The notes under the pieces are model-generated. The model was not told the origin of the DNA, did not search any database, and was given only the letters and a program-made list of their open reading frames with translations. 64,000 nt of DNA from Lingula anatina. Its lineage: Eukaryota; Animalia; Brachiopoda. Position 1 is the stretch's first letter; each line of letters begins with the position of its first letter. The position numbers and the translations under genes are program-made. Location: assembly GCA_051362555.1 (NCBI GenBank), contig CM120649.1, forward strand, positions 8,990,001 through 9,054,000, given 5' to 3'. Of the stretch, positions 1-9,900 are shown in pieces.

Positions 1-118
1 AGTGTACTAGGAAGCACAGGACTATACTGTCACAATGGAACATGATGACTCCAGACTACACTATACTAGGAGGCACAGGACTATACTGCTACAATGGAAC
101 ACAATGATTCCAGACTAA
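1..118. repeat. 59-bp diverged tandem duplication (may continue upstream of the window)
   Basis: tactagga(a/g)gcacaggactatactg...tccagacta starts at 5 and at 64 (offset 59). Confidence 0.8.
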
Positions 119-843
119 TTTTCAAGATGGTCAGATAACAACATGAGTTTCATTTATTAATTCATTTATTCTTTATATGTAGATCATATTGTCTTCTGGA
201 TCTTTTCATATTTCAGGGAATTTTTGATTCTATAATGCTGCTTGATTTTAGCCTTTCAGTAACTTTTCATCTAGTTCAATGTAATGCTACCCTGAGTGTC
301 AGGGCACAGTAAAAGCTAGCTTGTTAAAAATCTTGTGATGGGGTCGCTTTAACTAGCCCTGAGGAACAGTGACAGTGTACGATTTCTGTCAATCAAAAAG
401 AACTGCTCCGCAGTTAATCTGCTGTTGAATGTCATTAAACCAAAATGAAACGTAAAACAGATTTAATTCTGCTTTATTTAATTTTTTATTTACTGTATTT
501 AAGATGTAAAGTGAAAAATAAATAATATGTTTCTAAAAGAAAAAGATATATCCAATGTTTTTGTATTTTTGGCTTATCAAAGAACATTTGCTCCTGAAGA
601 TATAAACACAATACATGTGCTTGCCCTGTACCAAGTTTGACAGCTACACTGTATGCCCGATACCACTATAAAGGCTGCGCAATGGCTAGACCAAACTCCG
701 TTTTTTAAAGCAGAATGTTGCTTGTGTTGTGGTACTGACCTTCGACTGCAAGATATTCTTAGTTCAAACTTCAGTTTCCACTTCAGCCACTTAGCTTCTT
801 GTCTCGTCTAGATAACGTCAGCGCAAGTCGGGAAAGGCAGCTC

Positions 844-1412
844 CAGGCGGTCAAACCTGTGACGTACGAGACTTATGACTTCCAAATATGCAGCTTAGGC
901 GCAAACATCTGTGACATACAAGACTTGTGACTTCCAAATATGGAGGTCAGGCGCATACATCTGTGACATACAAGACTTGTGACTTCCAAATATGGAGGTC
1001 AGGCGCATACATTTGTGACATACAAGACTTGTGACTTCCAAATATGGAGGTCAGGCGCATACATTTGTGACATACAAGACTTGTGACTTCCAAATATGGA
1101 GGTCAGGCGCATACATTTGTGACATACAAGACTTGTGACTTCCAAATATGGAGGTCAGGCGCATACATTTGTGACATACAAGACTTGTGACTTCCAAATA
1201 TGGAGGTCAGGCGCATACATTTGTGACATACAAGACTTGTGACTTCCAAATATGGAGGTCAGGCGCATACATTTGTGACATACAAGACTTGTGACTTCCA
1301 AATATGGAGGTCAGGCGCATACATTTGTGACATACAAGACTTGTGACTTCCAAATATGGAGGTCAGGCGCATACATCTGTGACATACAAGACTTGTTACT
1401 TGCAAATATGGA
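844..1412. repeat. 52-bp minisatellite, ~11 copies
   Basis: Unit tgtgacatacaagacttgtgacttccaaatatggaggtcaggcgcatacat(t/c) starts at 858, 910, 962 ... 1378. Inner copies are near-identical and terminal copies are diverged. Confidence 0.97.
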
Positions 1413-1699
1413 AGCGCCCCAGGCAAAATTTTGCCGAAGGACGCCTCCAGGTGGCTAGAGTTTCATATTGCTGATATGGGATATATATGAAATCAAGATC
1501 GAGCTGGCAATAAGGAAATCTAGAACCTAGGGTATGTAATGCCTGATATTTGGGTGAATTTGTGCTGCTACTGATGTAAGAATTTTTATGTAAATCTCTC
1601 AGGTATTTTATTGCTTTGTCAAAGAAACCGAAGAAACAGTTTTAAGACCCATAAAAAGAGTAGATAGTTTTAAAGATAAATTTTTTTATCATCTTCCAG

Positions 1700-1817
1700 C
1701 TGATCACACATGTCCTCCACATAAGTTGGTATGTGGTAATGGCCGCTGTATTAACTTTATCATGGAGATGTGACCACAACAATGACTGTAGAGATGACAG
1801 TGATGAGGAAGGGTGTA
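1700..1817 (+). pseudogene. Disabled LDL-receptor class A (LDLa) exon of an LRP/LDLR-family gene
   Basis: A polypyrimidine tract plus CAG acceptor ends at 1699. Translation is DHTCPPHKLVCGNGRCIN then, after a 1-nt frameshift near 1757, SWRCDHNNDCRDDSDEEGC (six Cys and the acidic DCxDxSDE motif of LDLa). Length is 118 = 117+1. The following donor reads GAAAGT instead of GTAAGT. Confidence 0.88.
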
Positions 1818-2109
1818 GAAAGTGTTACTGAGAATGAAGATGGATATCAAAGAAATGGGTTGTCAAGTAGTGGGTAATGGCCTTTCTGAAGCTGTAAAGA
1901 TTGCTTGTCAATTTAGTACACATAGGAATTTAGAGACAAGTAATAGGTGCATTTTACTCAGAAAATATAACTTCTTTGTTAGAAAACGTGATATAAAATT
2001 GTTTCAGCTGTTTAAGTACAAGTATTGTTCCATTTCAAGAACTGTTGTACAGCCAATTCATATACTGCTATTGAAAAAGTTGTATGTAAGCATGTGTTAT
2101 CAATGCCAG

Positions 2110-2283
2110 CATTCCAGACTTGTTCACCCGACTAACGTGCAAACTTCTGCTGCATCACACAGGCTCAAGTATGCGATGAAATAGATCACTGTAATGATCA
2201 CTGATGAAAATGGCTGTCCATCAGCAACTTGTGCCCCAGGGATGACCAAGTCCATCAGAGTGAACAGAGGAAACCGTCAACAG
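2110..2283 (+). pseudogene. Second degenerate LDLa exon (one repeat plus the start of another)
   Basis: After CAG at 2107-2109 it reads FQTCSPD*RANFCCITQAQVCDEIDHCNDH, then frameshifts to DENGCPSATCAPGMTK. The donor is cag|GTAAAT at 2283/2284. It has an internal stop and deletions. Confidence 0.75.
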
Positions 2284-3673
2284 GTAAATTAAATATGTGG
2301 ATCTATCATAGATGAAAGCTTTCTGACTACAAACAAACATTAATGAATTCATATATATAAATCTACACATATTTGAACTATCATTTTTGTTCAATAGATT
2401 GTAGGGGATTATTATTGCCTGTCTGATACAGAGGAGAAAAATGACTCTCAAGATTGCAAAATTTAAGGAAATTGAAAACATATGTGTACATTTTTAAAAT
2501 GTACAAAGAAAAGCAAAAAATGATATACAAAGTAGTTTATGTTTATCAACTGTGATACAATAATCAATATAGGGTGCCATCTACTCTCAGCAGGTTGGTT
2601 GTCATGGATCACCATGCCTCTCAATCTTGTGCCATTGGCTTTATCTGTATTTTTGATTGGTTCAATCTTTAATGTTGTCCATCCATGCTGTTTTTGGTCT
2701 TACTTTTCCTTGTTTTCCATTTAACCCAGAAACTCATTGTAAGGAGTTATTTGCATCAGGCATTGGTAGTAAGGGGAGTCTTGTATGGGTATATATTGTT
2801 TTCCAGATGACAGTTATAGATAATTTGCAACCTCCTACACAAACAAACTCAAATCATCACATTTTCTTTTTTCTTTGATAGTAAATAATACATTGCAATA
2901 TTTGTTTTGGTCAATTCTCACACTTCTGATTATCAATTTCCGATAAACTTGGCACTTAAAAAAGACAGTCAACTGATTAGCTTATCACAGATTTTTATTG
3001 TTGTTAAGCATCTTTTGTGCAAATTTCAGAAGTATTGGACAAGATTTGACAAAATTATTAACATCTAACTATTTTTAGTCATGGAATTTGTCAGTGTTTT
3101 CAGTTTAATTTTCATTTTTTTTAAATATATCGTCTATAGAAAATACTTTTCATTAGACACACAGTCAACTGATCAGATTATCACAAATTTTTATCGATGT
3201 TAAGCATCATTTGTTAAAATATCAGAAATATTGGAACAGATTTGACAAAATTATTTATCTAATATATCGTCTGAAGAAAATACTTTTCATTAGACACAGT
3301 CCACTGATCAGCTTATCACAGATTTTTATTGTTGTTAAGCATCATTTGTGCAAATTTCAGAAACATTGGACAAGATTTGTCAAAATTATTAACATCTAAC
3401 TATTTTTAGTCATGGAATTTGTCAGTGTTTTCAGTTTAATTTTCATTTTTCTTAAATATATCGTCTATAGATAATACTTTTCATTAGACACACAGTCAAC
3501 TGATCAGATTATCACAAATTTTTATTGATGTTAAGCATCATTTGTTAAAATATCAGAAATATTGGAAAAGATTTGACAAAATTATTTACGTTTAACTATT
3601 TTAAGTCATGGGGTTTGCCAGTTTTTTTCAGTGTAATTTCAGTTTTCTGAAGTTTATTATTCTTTCTTTCCAG

Positions 3674-3871
3674 AGTACCCTTACCATGAAAAAGGAGGCA
3701 GTGAAAGACAGCAGCAGGAGCAGCACTATGTCTTATCCATGTGTACAATACATGACAAGTGGCAAGATTTAGGACATTGTCAAATATTCTGCTAACAACA
3801 ACCCATTCCAGAAACCCATTGTGAGGAGTAGCTGACTTCTGACATTGATAGTAAGGAGGAGTCTTGTATGG
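3674..3871 (+). pseudogene. Exon-like cassette (first of 23 young copies), 198 nt, phase 1-1, with in-frame stops
   Basis: Acceptor ttctttctttcCAG| and donor ATGG|GTATAT. It reads YPYHEKGGSERQQQEQHYVLSMCTIHDKWQDLGHCQIFC*QQPIPETHCEE*LTSDIDSKEESCM. Other copies start at 7001, 8921, 9868, 10818, 11716, 12476, 14788, 15739, 16701, 17662, 19001, 22281, 23039, 24378, 25337, 26095, 27434, 30712, 31856, 33776, 34722 and 35683. Exon status is inferred from splice-like flanks only. Confidence 0.5.
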
Positions 3872-4775
3872 GTATATATTGTTTTCCAGATGACAGCTGT
3901 AGGTAACTTGCAACCTCCCACACAAACAAACTCAAATCATCACATTTGCTGTTTTGTTTGATAGCAAATAATACATTGCAATATTGAAATATTTGTTTTG
4001 GTCAGTTCTCACACTTCTGATTATCAATTTCCAATAAACTTGGCACTTAAAAAAGACAGTCAACTGATTAGCTTATCACAGATTTGTATTGTTGTTAAGC
4101 ATCTTTTGTGCAAATTTCAGAAGTATTGGACAAGATTTGACAAAATTATTAACGTTTAACTATTTTGAGCCTTGGAATTTGCCAGTGTTTTTGTGGTAGT
4201 TTTCTGTTTTCCGAAATATATTGCCCCAAAGAACACTTTTCATTTGACATTGACAACTGATCAGCTTATCACAGACTTTTATTGTTGTTAAGCATCATTT
4301 GTGCAGATTTTAGAAACATTGGATGAGATTTGACAAAATTATTAACGTTTAACTATTTTAAGTCATGAAATTTCCCAACTTATATTCAGTGTAATTTTGA
4401 GTTTTCTCTAATATATCGTCTGAAGAAAATACTTTTCGTTAGACACAGTCAACTGATCAGCGTATCACAGATTTTTATTGTTGTTAAGCATCATTTGTGC
4501 AAATTTCAGAATCATTGGACAAGATTTGTCCAAATTATTAACATTTAACTATTTTAAGTCATGGAATTTGTCAGTGTTTTCAGTTTAATTTTCATTTTTC
4601 TCAAATATATCGTCTATAGAAAATACTTTTCATTAGACACACAGTCAACTGATCAGATTATCACAAATTTTTATCGATGTTAAGCATCATTTGTTAAAAT
4701 ATCAGAAATATTGGAAAAGATTTGACAAAATTATTTAAGTTTAACTATGTTAAGTCATGGGGTTTGCCAGTTTTT

Positions 4776-4823
4776 ATGTACAGACACAGATGTGTCTGTA
4801 CATATTGCCATCACCTGCGTCTG

Positions 4824-4856
<33 letters not shown>

Positions 4857-6951
4857 GCGCCGTGCACTTTCCTTGTAAACACGATAAGTGGAGGGCAGTT
4901 TTACTTTTTGGCTTTATATTTACAGAGCTGATGAATATTCATAAAACGCAGGTCAAGTTCGAAAATCAGTATGATCGGGCCATTATTGTAGAAGTTATGC
5001 TGTTTTTTCACTTTTCAGCATATATGCAACACTGTAAACACATTTAAAGGAAAACCGATAGGCCTGTTGTCATGAAACTTACAGGAGTACTCAATCTTAC
5101 TAAAATGCAGGTCAAGTTTGAAAATCGGCATGATCGGGCCACTATTTTAGTACTTATGCTGTTTTTTCATTTTTCAGCATATATGCAACACTGTAAACAC
5201 AATATAAGAAAAACAGATAGACCAATTGTCATTAAACTCACAGGAGTGGTCAATCTTTCTAAAACGCAGGTTGAGTTCAAAAATCAGCATAATCGAGCAA
5301 TTATTTTAGAAGTTATGCTGTTTTTTCACATTTCCTCAGATTCAATTCTTAGGCATGTTAACAGTCTCATTATTTAACTAATAAGATACGTAAAAGTGTT
5401 TGTTTGACATATCCTGCATCTTTACAACATTGTTAGTTGATTTTGTAAAAATGATGGTAAACTTGTTATCGTGCATTGTGTAATAAAGTTTCAAAAATGG
5501 AAATAAACTCATATCATTGTAGTTTGTCAGATTGAATCATCCACTATGTTCAGAATCTCAGAATGGAGGAAAATGGACATTTAACACTGCTCTATTGATA
5601 TTTTTCCCATCTCATCAATTTTATTAGTTGATCATATAAAGATGGCAGTAAACTGTTAATTTTGTTTTATGTTAAAAATTGTTAAAAATGGAAAAAAAAA
5701 ACATTTCAGAACAGTGCTGTCTTGTTTACAATTTGGCATATTCAAGTTGTGACTTTGAAGTTCCATGGGCCTGAAGACCTTTGCTAGTCACATTTTCTGA
5801 ATATCCATAATACTAATATTTTATTATTAAAAAATTGATGGTCATTATGCTGTTAAACATTATGTAATATTGCATCAAAATTTGAAAAAAACCTATTTTG
5901 TGCACTGCTTCCATGATGACCATTTAAGAAAAACCATGTCACTTCAGAATCTCAGAATGAAAGAAATTGGATGTTTAACACTGCTCTATTGATATTTTTC
6001 CATTCTCATCAATTTTCTTAGTTGATCATATAAAAGTGGCAGTAAACTTTTAATTTTGTTTTATGTTAAAAATTGTTAAAAATGTAAAAAAATAACATTT
6101 CGTAACAGTGCTGTCTTGTTTACATTTTGGCATTTTCAAGTTGTGACTTTGAAGTTCCATGGGCCTGAAGACCTTTGCTAGTCACATTTTCTGAATATCC
6201 ATAATACTAATATTTTATAATTAAAGTTGATGGTCATTATGCTGTTAAACATTATGTAATATTGCATCAAAGTTTGAAAAAAAAACTATTTTGGGTACTG
6301 CTCCCATGATGACCATTTAAGAAAAACCATGTCATTTACTGTTCTCAAACTTACAGGAAAGAAACATGGGACTAAAATACAGCTTCAGTAGGAAATACAG
6401 TCTGTTTGGTAATTCTTGCTGCCAGTTAAACAGTTATTTTGTGAAAATTTAATTTTTCACATATTGGCATTTTCAAGGTGTGACTTTGAAGTTCCACGGG
6501 CTTGAAGACCCATGCTAGTCACATTTTCTGAAAATCCATGATACGTATATTTTATTATTAAAATTGAGTTATTATGCTGTTAACCATTATGTAATATTGC
6601 ATCAGAATAGAAGAAAACACAATTTTGGGTGCTGCTGCCATGATGACCATTATGGGAAAACCATGTTACTTATGATTGCCAAACTTTCAAAAAAGAAATA
6701 CAGGACTAAAATGCAGTCTGAGTTGAAAAAGCAGTCTAAGGAACTTCTTTTTCTGGAAGTTATACATTTTCAAAGTGTAAACTTGTCACATATTTTAATT
6801 ACATTGGTATTACCTGTTGAGGATAATTAAAATTTGATGTTGAATTTGCAGTTAAACATAATGTATTTTTGCATCAGAATTGACAGTAGCCTATTTTGTG
6901 CATAGTTATTTCCTGTTTTTTGTCTGTACATTTGACAGCTTTGCTGCCTTG
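4776..6951 (+). mobile_element. Non-autonomous Helentron-like element (HINE/DINE-1 architecture), family 1, copy a
   Basis: Inserted in the T7 run of ccagtttttttcagtg (empty site e.g. 31804-31810). The 5' hairpin is tatgtacagacaca-ga-tgtgtctgtacata (4775-4804), followed by a (cgtcgc)n microsatellite at ~4820-4862 and ~159-bp internal repeats (4948, 5107, 5266) plus larger internal duplications. The 3' subTIR is tgtctgtacat (6921-6931), then a short stem-loop cagc-ttt-gctg and the end cttg|tttt. No transposase. Confidence 0.85.
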
Positions 6952-9900
6952 TTTTCAGTGTAATTTCAGTTTTCTGAAGTTTATTGTTCTTTCTTTCCAG
7001 AGTACCTTTACCATGAAAAAGGAGGCAGTGAAAGACAGCAGCAAGAGCAGCACTATGTCTTATCCATGTGTACAATACATGACATGTGGCAAGATTTAGG
7101 ACATTGTCAAATATTCTGCTAACAACAACCCATTCCAGAAACCCATTGTGAGGAGTAACTGACATCTGACATTGATAGGAGTCTTGTATGGGTATATATT
7201 GTTTTCCAGATGACAGCTGTAGGTAAATTGCAACCTCCCACACAAACAAACTCAAATCATCACATTTGCTGTTTTGTTTGATAGCAAATAATACATTGCA
7301 ATATTGAAATATTTGTTTTGGTCAATTCTCACACTTCTGATTATCAATTTCCGATAAACTTGGCACTTAAAAAAGACAGTCAACTGATTAGCTTATCACA
7401 GATTTTTATTGTTGTTAAGCATCTTTTGTGTAAATTTCAGAAGTATTGGACAAGATTTGACAAAATTATTAACGTTTAACTATTTTGAGCCTTGGAATTT
7501 GCCAGTGTTTTTGTGGTAGAGTTCTGTTTTCCGAAATATATTGCCCCAAAGAACACTTTTCATTTGACATTGACAACTGATCAGCTTATCACAGACTTTT
7601 ATTGTTGTTAAGCATCATTTGTGCAGATTTTAGAAACATTGGATGAGATTTGACAAAATTATTAACGTTTAACTATTTTAAGTCATGAAATTTGCCAACT
7701 TATATTCAGTGTAATTTTGAGTTTTATCTAATATATCGTCTGAAGAAAATACTTTTCGTTAGACACAGTCCACTGATCAGCTTATCACAGATTTTTATTG
7801 TTGTTAAGCATCATTTGTGCAAATTTCAGAAACATTGGACAAGATTTGTCAAAATTATTAACATCTAACTATTTTTAGTCATGGAATTTGTCAGTGTTTT
7901 CAGTTTAATTTTCATTTTTCTTAAATATATCGTCTATAGAAAATACTTTTCATTAGACACACAGTCAACTGATCAGATTATCACAAATCTTTATTGATGT
8001 TAAACATCATTTGTTAAAATATCAGAAATATTGGAAAAGATTTGACAAAATTATTAACATTTAACTATTTTAAGTCATGGAATTTGTCAGTGTTTTCAGT
8101 TTAATTTTCATTTTTCTTAAATATATCGTCTATAGAAAATACTTTTCATTAGACACACAGTCAACTGATCAGATTATCACAGATTTTTATTGATGTTAAG
8201 CATCATTTGTTAAAATATCACAAAAATTGGAAAAGATTTGACAAAATTATTTACGTTTAACTATTTTGAGCCTTGGAATTTGACATGTTTTTGTGGTAGT
8301 TTTCTGTTTTCAGAAATATATTGCCCCAAAGCACACTTTTCATTTGACATTGACAACTGATCAGCTTATCACAGACTTTTATTGTTGTTAAGCATCATTT
8401 GTACAGATTTTAGAATTATTGGATGAGATTTGACAAAATTATTAACGTTTAACTATTTTAAGTCATGAAATTTGCCAACTTATATTCAGTGTAATTTTGA
8501 GTTTTCTCTAATATATCGTCCGAAGAAAATACTTTTCGTTAGACACAGTCCACTGATCAGCTTATCACAGATTTTTATTGTTGTTAAGCATCATTTGTGC
8601 AAATTTCAGAAACATTGGACAAGATTTGTCAAAATTATTAACATCTAACTATTTTTAGTCATGGAATTTGTCAGTGTTTTCAGTTTAATTTTCATTTTTC
8701 TTAAATATATCGTCTATAGAAAAAACTTTTCATTAGACACACAGTCAACTGATCAGATTATCACAAATTTCTCGATGTTTAGCATCATTTGTTAAAATAT
8801 CAGAAATATTGGTAAAGATTTGACAAAATTATTTACGTTTAACTATTTTAAGTCATGGGGTTTGCCAGTTTTTTTCAGTGTAATTTCAGTTTTCTGAAGT
8901 TTATTGTTCTTTCTTTCCAGAGTACCCTTACCATGAAAAAGAAGGCAGTGAAAGACAGCAGCAAGAGCAGCACTATGTCTTATCCATGTGTACAATACAT
9001 GACATGTGGCAAGATTTAGGACATTGTCAAATATTCTGCTAACAACAACCCATTCCAGAAACCCATTGTGAGGAGTAACTGACATCTGACATTGATAGGA
9101 GTCTTGCATGGGTATATATTGTTTTCCAGATGACAGCTGTAGGTAAATTGCAACCTCCCACACAAACAAACTCAAATCATCACATTTGCTGTTTTGTTTG
9201 ATAGCAAATAATACATTGCAATATTGAAATATTTGTTTTGGTCAATTCTCACACTTCTGATTATCAATTTCCAATAAACTTGGCACTTAAAAAAGACAGT
9301 CAACTGATTAGCTTATCACAGATTTTTATTGTTGTTAAGCATCTTTTGTGCAAATTTCAGAAGTATTGGACAAGATTTGACAAAATTATTAACGTTTAAC
9401 TATTTTGAGCCTTGGAATTTGCCAGTGTTTTTGTGGTAGAGTTCTGTTTTCCGAAATATATTGCCCCAAAGAACACTTTTCATTTGACATTGACAACTGA
9501 TCAGCTTATCACAGACTTTTATTGTTGTTAAGCATCATTTGTGCAGATTTTAGAAACATTGGATGAGATTTGACAAAATTATTAACGTTTAACTATTTTA
9601 AGTCATGAAATTTGCCAACTTATATTCAGTGTAATTTTGAGTTTTATCTAATATATCGTCTGAAGAAAATACTTTTCGTTAGACACAGTCCACTGATCAG
9701 CTTATCACAGATTTTTATTGTTGTTAAGCATCATTTGTTAAAATGTCACAAAAATTGGAAAAGATTTGACAAAATTATTTACGTTTAACTATTTTAAGTC
9801 ATGGGGTTTGCCAGTTTTTTTCAGTGTAATTTTCAGTTTTCTGAAGTTTATTGTTCTTTCTTTCCAGAGTACCCTTACCATGAAAAAGCAGGCTGTGAAA

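Noticed and set aside
844-1412. CRISPR-like array
   Set aside because: Units are head-to-tail identical with no unique spacers, the context is eukaryotic, and there are no cas genes.
1822-2184. 120-aa + strand ORF
   Set aside because: It runs through the intron and overlaps the second LDLa relic in the wrong frame, and it does not look protein-like.
4722-5377. ORFs with repeated TQVKFENQ-like motifs (also 60756-61099 and the 20761/29194 ORFs)
   Set aside because: They arise from element microsatellites and central tandem repeats, with no Rep/helicase or transposase motifs.
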